Shown here: positions 11,477 to 19,970 of the stretch, in pieces | Position numbering within the stretch: the stretch's first letter is position 1 | How the letters are laid out: each line of letters opens with the position of its first letter | Assembly (NCBI GenBank): GCA_965250285.1 | Contig: OZ252299.1 | Span: forward strand, 2,784,001-2,848,000 | Reading direction: 5' to 3' | DNA: 64,000 nucleotides | Source: Myxococcota bacterium | GTDB taxonomy: Bacteria; Myxococcota_A; UBA9160; UBA4427 | Notes under the pieces: generated by a model | Databases searched by the model: none | What the model was told of the DNA's origin: nothing | What the model saw: only the letters and a program-made list of their open reading frames with translations | Translations under genes and position numbers: made by a program

Positions 11477-12616
11477 CTACGTGACGAGACCTGCGACCCG
11501 CTCCCCGATCGCGAGCGCAGCCGTCAGGCCGGGCGACTCGATTCCGATGCACTGAACGAGGCCCGGTCGGCCGCGCTCGCTCTCTTCTCGCACGACGAAG
11601 TCCATGAAGCGCCCGGCCTCGCGCGCCCGCTTCGGGCGCAGCCCGGCAAACGCGGGCGTGAGGGCGCCATCGGGCAGCGCCGGCCAATACCGACGCACGG
11701 CGGCCTCGAACGCCGGGCCCTTGGCCGGGTCGACGTCGAATCGCGGCGACTCGACCCACTCGGAGTCGGGGCCGAAGCGCACGCCGCCCGCGAGATCGAC
11801 GGTCGCATGCACGCCCAGCCCGGCGCCGGCCGGCACGGGATACACGAGGGCGTCGATCGGCCAGCGCACCGAGGGCGCGAGCGAGAAGTAGTCGCCCTTG
11901 AAGAGATGGTGGCGATGCTCGAGCCCGTCGATGTCGAGACCCGCGCGCTGCGAGATCTCGTCGCTCTCGATGCCCGCTGCGTTCACCACGATTTCCGCGT
12001 CGATGGTCTCGGGGGAGCTGCCGGGGTCGGCGCCGGCCGCCGGCGCGGTGTGCACGCGGTGGAGCGCCCCGGTCCATTCGATCGCCTCGACCCCGCGCGC
12101 GAATGCGATGCCGCCGCCGAGCGACTCGAGCTCGCTCTGGAGATTGCGGGTCAACGCGTGTGCGTCGACGATGCCGGTCTCGGACGAATGCAGCGTCGAC
12201 ACGGCCAGAAGCTCGGGCGCCTCGGTGCGCAGCGCGGCACCCGACCGTGGCTCGAGCCCTTCGACGCCGTTTGCCTCGCCGCGGGCGAGGATCGACTCGA
12301 GCACGGCCTCTTCTTCGGGCTGAGTGGCGACGATCCACTTGCCGAGCTTGCGGTGCGGGATCGATTGCGCGACGCATCGCTCGTAGAGCAGGCGCCGGCC
12401 ACGCACGCAGAGCTCGGCCTTCAGGCTGCCCGGCTCATAGTAGAGACCGGCGTGGATCACCTCGCTGTTTCGACTGGTGAGCCCCCGGCCGACGTCGACG
12501 TCGCGCTCGATCACGATCACGTCGCGACCCGCGCGCGCGAGCGCGGCGGCGCATGCGAGCCCGACGACGCCCGCACCGATCACGACGGCCGAAGTCTCCG
12601 AACCGGCTGCCGGCAT
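11477..12616 (-). CDS. FAD-dependent oxidoreductase, L-2-hydroxyglutarate oxidase (LhgO)-like
   Basis: GAGVVG, TSRNSEVIHAGLYY, KGDYF, FGPD, GIESPGLTA. Confidence 0.88.
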   Translation of the reverse strand: MPAAGSETSAVVIGAGVVGLACAAALARAGRDVIVIERDVDVGRGLTSRNSEVIHAGLYYEPGSLKAELCVRGRRLLYERCVAQSIPHRKLGKWIVATQPEEEAVLESILARGEANGVEGLEPRSGAALRTEAPELLAVSTLHSSETGIVDAHALTRNLQSELESLGGGIAFARGVEAIEWTGALHRVHTAPAAGADPGSSPETIDAEIVVNAAGIESDEISQRAGLDIDGLEHRHHLFKGDYFSLAPSVRWPIDALVYPVPAGAGLGVHATVDLAGGVRFGPDSEWVESPRFDVDPAKGPAFEAAVRRYWPALPDGALTPAFAGLRPKRAREAGRFMDFVVREESERGRPGLVQCIGIESPGLTAALAIGERVAGLVT

Positions 12617-12654
12617 GGGCGCCTCCCGTCGCGCGAGGGTGTCGACCGGGCCGG

Positions 12655-13617
12655 TTAGAGCTTCTCGCCGAAGGCCTGCTCGAGTCGCGCAGAGATCTCA
12701 TCGGCAGAGAGCTCGATCGACTGAGGCCCCGCGTGCGCCACCTTGAGCGAACCCATCAGGCTCCCGAGGCGCGCGCCGCGCTCGATCGACCAGCCGTGCG
12801 CCAGGCCGTGGAGCACGCCCGAGCGGTAGGCGTCGCCGCAACCGGTCGGATCGACCACCGCGTCGGGCTTCACGGTCGGCACCTCGGTGTGATCCGCCTC
12901 GAGCTCGAGACCGAGATCGCGCCCGCCCCTTCGGACGACCGAGCCCTCGGCGCCCTTCGTGATGATCAGCGCGCCGACGCGCTCGGCGACGGCCTCTTCA
13001 TCGAGCCCCGTCTTGTCGGCGGTCATCGACCACTCGTAGTCGTTGACGACGTAGACGGCGGCGCCGTCGAGCAGCTCGAGCAGCTCGTCGCCGTCGAACA
13101 TCGGCAGGCCCTGCCCGGGGTCGACGACCGTCAGCGCGCCGCGTGCCTTCAGGTCGCGTGCGTAGTCCTGCATCGCCTGCTTGCCATTCGGCGCGACGAT
13201 GCCGACCGAGAAGGTGTCCTCCACGCCGGCGATCGTCGCTTCGTGTGCGCGCTCCATGGCGCCCGGGTGGAACGACGTCAGCTGGTTGTTGTCGAGGTCG
13301 GTGGTGATGAAACACTGCGCGGTATACGCGTCGTCGAGGGTCAGCAGGTGGTCGCGGCGCAAGCCGTGGCGATCCATCCACCCGGCATAGGGGCCGAGGT
13401 CGCTGCCGACGCTCGCGAGCAGGGTCGGATCGTCGCCGAGCTTTCGCAGGTTGAAGGCGATGTTCGCGCCGGTGCCGCCGTACTGCTTCTGCATGCTGGG
13501 CACGAAGAACGCGACGTTCAGGATGTGCACCTGGTCGGGCAGGATGTGGTTCTTGAAACGATCCTCGAAGACCATGATGTGGTCGATGGCGACGGATCCG
13601 GTGACGAGAATCGACAT
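12655..13617 (-). CDS. PfkB family carbohydrate kinase, adenosine-kinase-like
   Basis: GSVAIDHIM, GGTGANIA, NDYE, DPTGCGDAYR; resembles the bacterial adenosine kinase subgroup. Confidence 0.88.
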   Translation of the reverse strand: MSILVTGSVAIDHIMVFEDRFKNHILPDQVHILNVAFFVPSMQKQYGGTGANIAFNLRKLGDDPTLLASVGSDLGPYAGWMDRHGLRRDHLLTLDDAYTAQCFITTDLDNNQLTSFHPGAMERAHEATIAGVEDTFSVGIVAPNGKQAMQDYARDLKARGALTVVDPGQGLPMFDGDELLELLDGAAVYVVNDYEWSMTADKTGLDEEAVAERVGALIITKGAEGSVVRRGGRDLGLELEADHTEVPTVKPDAVVDPTGCGDAYRSGVLHGLAHGWSIERGARLGSLMGSLKVAHAGPQSIELSADEISARLEQAFGEKL

Positions 13618-13832
13618 GCGTGGGCCTCTTCGCTGGTGCGCCGCGATGCTGCGCTCGGTGGATTCGGGGTGACTGCGCGGCGCGGGTGCGTGTGGTCACG
13701 GCACGCGTGGCCGCGCGCTCGCTGCGCCGGCCGCGCAGTCTCGCACGGGCACCCGCGCCGTCAATGGCCGAGACGGCGCGAAAGCGGGCACTCGGCACAG
13801 GATGCGCGCGTCTTGCTGCTAGACTGCGCGCC

Positions 13833-14696
13833 ATGTCCATCGGCGATCTCTACGGCCAGGGCGACCCGGTCATCAGCTTCGAGTTCTTCCCACCGAAGAC
13901 CGACGCCGGCTTTCGCAGCCTCTTTCGCTCCATCGAAGAGCTCAAGCAGCTCGGCCCGGGCTTCGTGTCGGTCACGATGGGCGCGGGCGGCTCGACGCGC
14001 GCGAAGACCGTCGACCTGGTGATCGAGATCCAGCGTGAGATCGGCCTGCGTGGCATGGCGCACCTGCCGTGCCTCGGCTTTCGGCCGCGCGATGTCACGG
14101 GGGTGCTCGAGTCGCTCGAGACCGGCGGCGTGCACAACGTGCTCGCGCTGCGCGGTGACCCGCCGAAGGATCTCGAGGGCTTCGAACACCCGAGCGACGG
14201 CTTCGATCACGCCAACGAGCTGGTCGCCTTCGCGAAGGCCCACGGAGGCTTCAGCATCGGCGCGGCGTGCTACCCCGAGACCCACCCCGAGGCCGAGAGC
14301 GCCGAGGCCGACCTCGCACACCTCGTGCGCAAGGTCGAAGCCGGCGCCGACTTCCTCATCACCCAGCTCTTCTTCGACAACACGCGCTACTTCGACTTCG
14401 TCGAACGCGCCCGGGCGGCGGGCATCGCGGTACCGATCGTGCCGGGCATCATGCCGATCCTCTCCGCCGCGGGGATCCGCCGCATGCTGGCGCTCGGGGG
14501 GGGCACCCTGCCCGGCGAGCTCGAGGCGGCGCTCGCCGACGTCGAGGGCGACGATGCCGCCACGGCCGAGCTCGGCGTGCGCTGGGCGACCGACCAGTGC
14601 CGCGAGCTGCTGTCGCGCGGCGTGCCGGGCATTCATCTCTACACGCTCAACAAGTCCGACGCGACCCGGCGCATCTTCAAGACCCTGACTCGATGA
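13833..14696 (+). CDS. metF: 5,10-methylenetetrahydrofolate reductase
   Basis: SFEFFPPKT, SVTMGAGGS, LALRGD, YPETHPE, ITQLFFD, LYTLN; TAGACT 7 nt before ATG 13833. Confidence 0.96.
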   Translation: MSIGDLYGQGDPVISFEFFPPKTDAGFRSLFRSIEELKQLGPGFVSVTMGAGGSTRAKTVDLVIEIQREIGLRGMAHLPCLGFRPRDVTGVLESLETGGVHNVLALRGDPPKDLEGFEHPSDGFDHANELVAFAKAHGGFSIGAACYPETHPEAESAEADLAHLVRKVEAGADFLITQLFFDNTRYFDFVERARAAGIAVPIVPGIMPILSAAGIRRMLALGGGTLPGELEAALADVEGDDAATAELGVRWATDQCRELLSRGVPGIHLYTLNKSDATRRIFKTLTR

Positions 14697-14733
14697 GCGC
14701 GGTGCTCTCGCTCTGGATCGCGGTGTGGCTGCC

Positions 14734-15381
14734 ATGAGCGCGCCTCGCGCCCTCAAGGTCGCGGTGCTGCTCTCGGGCAGCGGCACGAGCCTCGAGAATC
14801 TGTTCGAGCACATCGATCGCGAGGCGCTGCCGGCCGAGATCGCGGTGGTGCTGTCGTCGAAGACCGATGCGTTCGGTCTCGAGCGCGCGCGTCGACGCGG
14901 CGTGCCGGCCGTGGCGGTGCCGCGCAAGCAGCACCCCGACGTCGACGACTTCAACGATGCGCTCCACGCCGAGCTCGCCCCCTACGACGTCGACCTCGTG
15001 GCTCTGCTCGGGTTCCTCTCTCCCTTTCAGCTGCGCGGCCGCTACGAAGGGCGTGTGCTGAACGTGCATCCGGCGTTGATCCCGTCGTTCGCCGGCCAGG
15101 GCTTCTACGGCGCACGCGTGCACCGCGCGGTGCTCGAGGCGGGGGTCAAGCTGTCGGGCGCGACCGTGCACTTCGTCGACGAGCACTACGACGAGGGGCC
15201 GATCATCTGCCAGGAGGCCGTCCCCGTGCTCGAAGACGACACGGCCGACACGCTCGCCGAGCGGGTCGTGGCCGCCGAGCGCCGGCTGGTGCCCCAGGCG
15301 ATCCGCTGGATCGCCGAGGGTCGGGTGACGATCGACGGCCGCCGGACCCGCATCGCGCCCGGGCGCGACGAGGGCGCCTAG
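14734..15381 (+). CDS. purN: Phosphoribosylglycinamide formyltransferase
   Basis: SGSGTSL, LNVHPALIPSF, GATVHFVDEHYDEGPII. Confidence 0.96.
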   Translation: MSAPRALKVAVLLSGSGTSLENLFEHIDREALPAEIAVVLSSKTDAFGLERARRRGVPAVAVPRKQHPDVDDFNDALHAELAPYDVDLVALLGFLSPFQLRGRYEGRVLNVHPALIPSFAGQGFYGARVHRAVLEAGVKLSGATVHFVDEHYDEGPIICQEAVPVLEDDTADTLAERVVAAERRLVPQAIRWIAEGRVTIDGRRTRIAPGRDEGA

Positions 15382-15398
15382 ACCGTCTACAGAAAGCG

Positions 15399-15434
15399 CT
15401 TGACGAGGGGCGAAGAAAAGACGAAAGTCGATTC
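15399..15434 (+). promoter_or_regulatory. imuA promoter with candidate SOS-type operator GGCGAAGAAAAGACGAAA
   Basis: TTGACG (15400-05) -N17- GAAAGT (15423-28) -N6- ATG; the same block recurs at 21376-21411. Confidence 0.75.
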
Positions 15435-16484
15435 ATGCCCCCCGAGCCGCTCGAATCTTCGAGGGCGCGAGGGGCCGGTCCCCCCGTCTCGCGGGGCCCG
15501 TACGCTCGCGTACGCGCACCGCGCTCCATGCGCCCGAATTCGGGCGAAGTCGCCTCGATCTGGGCGAGCCAGGCCACCCCGTCGGCTCCCGAGCCCGAGA
15601 CGTCCCGGTCGGCACCGCATCGGCCCGAGCCCGCGCGCTCGACCGAGTCGTTGCCCGAAGAGCCGGTCGAGCACTCGGTCCAGGGAAGACCGGCCCGACT
15701 CGAGGCCCTGCTCACCGACCTCGGTCCCCGAGTTCGCAGAGGGGTCGAGCCTCGCCGATCGCCCGATCGGCTTCATCCGACCGGCCTCGTCGCTCTCGAC
15801 GAGTTGCTGCGCGGCGGCTTTCCGTCGGGTGCCATCACCGAGCTGTCGGGACCGGCATCGTCGGGTCGCACCGCCATCGCGCTGGCGTTGCTGGCCGAGA
15901 CCACCGAGGCCCACTGCGAGCTCGCCGCGCTCGTCGATGCGGCCGACGCCTTCGATCCCCCCTCGGCCGAGGCCGCAGGGGTCGATCTCGACCGGCTGCT
16001 CTGGGCCCGGCCCCGAGGCCCGCTCGAGGCCCTTCGCTGCGTCGAGCGCCTGATGGAGACGGGCGGGATCCCGCTCGTGCTGCTCGATCTCTCGCCCGGC
16101 TCTCCCGCCCTGGCGCACGCCTCGACGGCCAAGCCTGCGCCCTCGCTTCGCGCCGGCAGCCCGCCGCGCTCGGGGCAGCGGCGACGCAGCAAGGGACCAC
16201 GCCACCCGGCGCACACCCGCCCTGCCCTGCATCACTGGATCCGCCTGGCGCGACTCGCCGACGCCACGGGCACGGCGCTCGTCGTGCTCTCGCGCGAGCG
16301 CTGGACGGGCACCCAGGCCGCCGTCGCGCTCGAGGTGCGCGGTCTGCGAACCGAGACCGAGACGCCCTTCGATCCGATCGCCGGATGCATCGAGACCCGC
16401 GTCGCGCTGGTCCGCGCCCGCGGTCACGCACCCGACACCCCCATCTCACTCCGACTCGAGAGCGACCCCGCAGCCGACCCCTGA
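15435..16484 (+). CDS. imuA: RecA-like mutasome accessory protein ImuA'
   Basis: PTGLVALDELLRGGFPSGAITEL, degenerate Walker A GPASSGRT, VDAADAFDP, GVDLDRLLW; directly upstream of imuB. Confidence 0.85.
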   Translation: MPPEPLESSRARGAGPPVSRGPYARVRAPRSMRPNSGEVASIWASQATPSAPEPETSRSAPHRPEPARSTESLPEEPVEHSVQGRPARLEALLTDLGPRVRRGVEPRRSPDRLHPTGLVALDELLRGGFPSGAITELSGPASSGRTAIALALLAETTEAHCELAALVDAADAFDPPSAEAAGVDLDRLLWARPRGPLEALRCVERLMETGGIPLVLLDLSPGSPALAHASTAKPAPSLRAGSPPRSGQRRRSKGPRHPAHTRPALHHWIRLARLADATGTALVVLSRERWTGTQAAVALEVRGLRTETETPFDPIAGCIETRVALVRARGHAPDTPISLRLESDPAADP

Positions 16485-16543
16485 AGTCGACTCCGCTCCT
16501 TCCCCACCCCATCCCCCGCCCACCGGGCAGCCCCGAGCCCGCC

Positions 16544-18109
16544 ATGCCCCGTCTCCCCCCTCGCATCGCCTGCCTGCTCGTCCCCGATCTGCCGTTGCGG
16601 GCAGAGCTGCGCGCACACCCCGAGCTCGTCGGCGCCCCGCTCGTCATCGCCTCGAGCCGAGGTGCTCGGGCCGAAGTCATCGCTGCGTCGAGCGAGGCGC
16701 GCGCCCTCGGCGTCCGGCTGTGGAGCGGGCTGGCCCAGGCCCGATCGGTGGCGCCCGACGTCGTGGTGCGTGTCGCCTCACCCGCCCTCGAAACCGCGGC
16801 GCGCGAGGCCCTGCTCGATGCGGCGCTCTCATGCTCGCCCCGGGCCGAGCTCGCCCCCGTCGGCGCGGGCTTCTTCGTCGCCGAGGGCGCGGTGTTCGTC
16901 GACGCGCGCGGCACCGGTCGGCTCTTCGAGAGCGAGACGGGCTTCGCATCGGCGCTCGCCGCGCGGGCCGATGCGCTCGGACTGCCCGGCGTCGTCGGCA
17001 TCACGGGCCATCGCACCCTCTCGCTGCTCGTCGCGCGTCGACTCGCGAGAGATGCGAGCCCGCGCACGAAGAACGCCCACGAAGACGGGGCGATTCAGGT
17101 GCTGCACAGCGGACGCGAGTCGGCGTGGCTCGCGCCGCTGCCCGTCGATCTGCTCGACCCCGACGACCGGGTGGCCCAGGCGCTCACGCGCTTCGGTGTG
17201 CGGACCGTGCGCGATCTGTTGCGACTGCCCCGAAGCGGGCTCAATCGGCGACTCGGCCGGGAGGTCGAGACGCTCGTGCGCCGGGCGCGCGGTGAAGAGG
17301 CCGATCTGCCCCTGCCCGAGCCTACCCGCCGACTCGCCCAGGAGGCGATCGACCTCGAAGGCGCAGTGCACCGGCTCGAGCCCCTCGGCTTCGTGTTGCG
17401 CGGCCTCATCTCTCGGCTCTGCGAACGCCTGGCGGTGCGCGGCCTCGCCTGCGACCGGCTCGAGATCGAGCTCGGCCTCGAAGGCGGTGCGCGCGACGTT
17501 CGACACGTGACGAGCGCCGCGCCGACCCTCGACGTGCGCGTCTGGCTGCGGCTCACGATGCTCGCGTTCGAAGAGCATCCGCCCGAGGCGCCCGTCGAGC
17601 GGGTGCAGGTCGGCAGCGAGGGCCAGCCCCTGCCCCGGGATCAGCTCGATCTCTTTCGACCGGTCGGCCCCGATCCGACGACGCTCGATCGCACGCTCTC
17701 CGAGCTCGAAGCGATCTGCGGCGAAGGCCGGGTCGGCGCGCCGGTCGTGGCCGACACCCACCACCCGGCGGCGTTCGGCGTACGTCCCTTCGGCCCGCGT
17801 CCAGCGGGCGATGCGCGCAGCGGGCCGGGCGAGCAGCGCAAGGCGCGCCTCGCCGTGCGCGCGCTGCGTCCGCCGGTGGGCGCCGACGTCCGCATCGAGC
17901 GCGGCGAGCCCACCCATGTCCGCAGCGCCCTCGCCCAGGGGCACATCCTGAGCTGTGCCGGCCCCTGGCGTACGACGGGCAACTGGTGGAACGAGTCGAC
18001 CCGCTTTGCCGTAGATCACTACGACGTGTGCATCGAAGACGGCACCGTCGCCCGGCTCTGCTTCGACTGGGTGCGTCGGCGCTGGATGATCGATGGCGTG
18101 TACGACTGA
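16544..18109 (+). CDS. imuB: Inactive Y-family polymerase-like protein ImuB
   Basis: Y-family fold lacking the catalytic acids (CLLVPDLP, EGAVFVD); clamp motif QLDLF; C-terminal GPWR..G.WW...DHYDV domain. Confidence 0.88.
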   Translation: MPRLPPRIACLLVPDLPLRAELRAHPELVGAPLVIASSRGARAEVIAASSEARALGVRLWSGLAQARSVAPDVVVRVASPALETAAREALLDAALSCSPRAELAPVGAGFFVAEGAVFVDARGTGRLFESETGFASALAARADALGLPGVVGITGHRTLSLLVARRLARDASPRTKNAHEDGAIQVLHSGRESAWLAPLPVDLLDPDDRVAQALTRFGVRTVRDLLRLPRSGLNRRLGREVETLVRRARGEEADLPLPEPTRRLAQEAIDLEGAVHRLEPLGFVLRGLISRLCERLAVRGLACDRLEIELGLEGGARDVRHVTSAAPTLDVRVWLRLTMLAFEEHPPEAPVERVQVGSEGQPLPRDQLDLFRPVGPDPTTLDRTLSELEAICGEGRVGAPVVADTHHPAAFGVRPFGPRPAGDARSGPGEQRKARLAVRALRPPVGADVRIERGEPTHVRSALAQGHILSCAGPWRTTGNWWNESTRFAVDHYDVCIEDGTVARLCFDWVRRRWMIDGVYD

Positions 18110-18614
18110 GGCCGACCCGGGGCCTTCGAAGAGAAGCGTGCTCGCCCTATCTGATTGCGACGCGCCAGATCGCAACCTGCCTGGTTTCACTACGCAAACC
18201 GAAGCGCACCCGCTCGGCTCACCGCTTCTGAGCCACGAAGACATCCCGCACGGCTTCGGGGTCGAGACAGTGAGACTGCACCGATCTGCCCGGGCGGGCC
18301 GCACGCCGCGCGTGCGTGGCCGTGCACGCCGGTCGCGGGCTGCACCCCCCAAGCCGCATCGGCACCGCGTGTCGTCCCCCTCGAAATTCATCGGTACGCA
18401 GCGGGATGGAGGGCGAACCGTCGCGAGCGGGGTAGACTCGACGCCGCGCGACGAGGGGGGATCCAGTCGCGGAACCGTGAACGACACGCTTGCCCCGCAC
18501 CGGTCCCGACCCGGATCACGCGCGGACGCCGCGAGCCCAACGCACCGCGATCCCGAGACACTCGACCCACACGCGCAGCCGTACGCGAAGAAACGACTGG
18601 AGGACGCCTCCCCG

Positions 18615-19211
18615 ATGAGCTCGCCGAATTTCCTGCCGCGGCCCGACCACCGCCTCGCCTTCTTCAAGGGCTTTCTCGACAGGCCCAAGGAGGTCGGATC
18701 GATCATCCCGAGCTCGCGCTTCATGGAGCGCCGCATCGTGAAGACGCTCGATCTCTCGGAGGCGAAGCTGGTCGTCGAGCTGGGCCCGGGCACCGGCGGC
18801 ACGACCAAGGCGGTGCTGCGCGCGCTGGCCCCCGACGCGAAGCTGCTCGCCATCGAGATCAACCGCCACTTCGTCGACCTGCTCTCGCGCCACGACGACC
18901 CGCGCCTGCTCGTGCACGAGGGCAGCGCCGCCGAAATTCCGGCGATCCTCGGCGAGCACGGGCTCGAGAAGCCCGACGTGATCTTCTCGGGCATTCCGTT
19001 CTCGACGATGCCGCGCAGCCTCGGGAAGGCGATCCTGTCGTCGGCCCGCGACGCGCTCGCCCCGGGCGGCCGCTTCGTCGCCTATCAGTTCCGCGACCGG
19101 GTGCATACGCTCGGCGTCGAGGTGTTCGGCCGCGCCAACCGACAGATCGAGCTGCTCAACGTGCCACCGATGCGCGTGTGGCGCTGGGACGTCGGCACCC
19201 CCGAGCGCTGA
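18615..19211 (+). CDS. Class I SAM methyltransferase, phospholipid/ornithine-lipid N-methyltransferase-like
   Basis: FLDRPKEVGSIIPSS, VVELGPGTG, SGIPF, FVAYQ, NVPP; GGAGG SD. Confidence 0.8.
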   Translation: MSSPNFLPRPDHRLAFFKGFLDRPKEVGSIIPSSRFMERRIVKTLDLSEAKLVVELGPGTGGTTKAVLRALAPDAKLLAIEINRHFVDLLSRHDDPRLLVHEGSAAEIPAILGEHGLEKPDVIFSGIPFSTMPRSLGKAILSSARDALAPGGRFVAYQFRDRVHTLGVEVFGRANRQIELLNVPPMRVWRWDVGTPER

Positions 19212-19221
19212 CGCGCTCGCC

Positions 19222-19962
19222 TCAGCGCACGGCGCGCACCACCAGCGACACCGCCGACAGCGCGAGCACCCAGAGCACGATCTTCTCGAAGCGACGCTGA
19301 TCGAAGCGGGCGCGCAGGCGCTCGCCGAGCGGGACCGCGGCGAGGACGAGCGGGATCGCGGCGACGCCGATCCACAGCCGGGGACCGACGACCCGCCCCT
19401 CGACGGCGAGCGCCGCGAGCTGCGCGGCGCTCGCGACGAAGAACACGACACTGACCGCGAACACGAACGCACCCGCCGTCAGCCGGTACGCGTGCAGCCA
19501 CGCGGCGACCGGTGGCCCGCAGATGCCCACCGCGCCCTGCATCACGCCCGCGAAGAGGCCGACCGGCACTGCGCCGATGCGCGTCAGCTCGGGCGACAGC
19601 GAGCCTTCGGGTCGCAGCACGGCGTACGCGACGTAGGCGACGACGGTGCCAGCCAGCGCGAGGAGCAGCCAGAACTCGTCGACCGTCAGCAGCAGCTGCG
19701 TGCCGAAGAACGCCCCGATCACCCCGGCGACGGCGAGCGTCGGCAGGTCGCGGGTGAGCGGGGCCTCGAAGCGAACACGCCAGGCGAGCACGAGGTTCAT
19801 CAGCGTGTTGGGGAGCGCCACCACGATGGCCGCGTCCTCGACCGTGGCGAAGAGCGAGATCACCGGGATCGCGACCAGCGGAAAGCCCATCCCGGTCACG
19901 GCCTTCACCGCGACGCCGATGGCCATGGCGATGACACACACGACGATTTCGAAGCCGCTCAT
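19222..19962 (-). CDS. TauE/SafE (sulfite exporter) family membrane protein
   Basis: GMGFPLVAIP and GAVGICGPP in a roughly 8-TM, 246 aa protein; starts 8 nt after the dinB stop. Confidence 0.82.
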   Translation of the reverse strand: MSGFEIVVCVIAMAIGVAVKAVTGMGFPLVAIPVISLFATVEDAAIVVALPNTLMNLVLAWRVRFEAPLTRDLPTLAVAGVIGAFFGTQLLLTVDEFWLLLALAGTVVAYVAYAVLRPEGSLSPELTRIGAVPVGLFAGVMQGAVGICGPPVAAWLHAYRLTAGAFVFAVSVVFFVASAAQLAALAVEGRVVGPRLWIGVAAIPLVLAAVPLGERLRARFDQRRFEKIVLWVLALSAVSLVVRAVR

Positions 19963-19970
19963 CAGGTCGC

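Noticed and set aside
13618..13832. SAH/SAM riboswitch or alternative hairpins before metF (GACTGCGCGG/CCGCGCAGTC pairings)
   Set aside because: No riboswitch consensus recognised; metF appears leaderless and the repeats are explained by two divergent -10 regions and GC bias. An Rfam scan would settle it.
15435..16484. Calling this gene recA or radA
   Set aside because: Walker A Lys is replaced by Arg, RecA signature motifs are absent, and the position before imuB indicates ImuA'.
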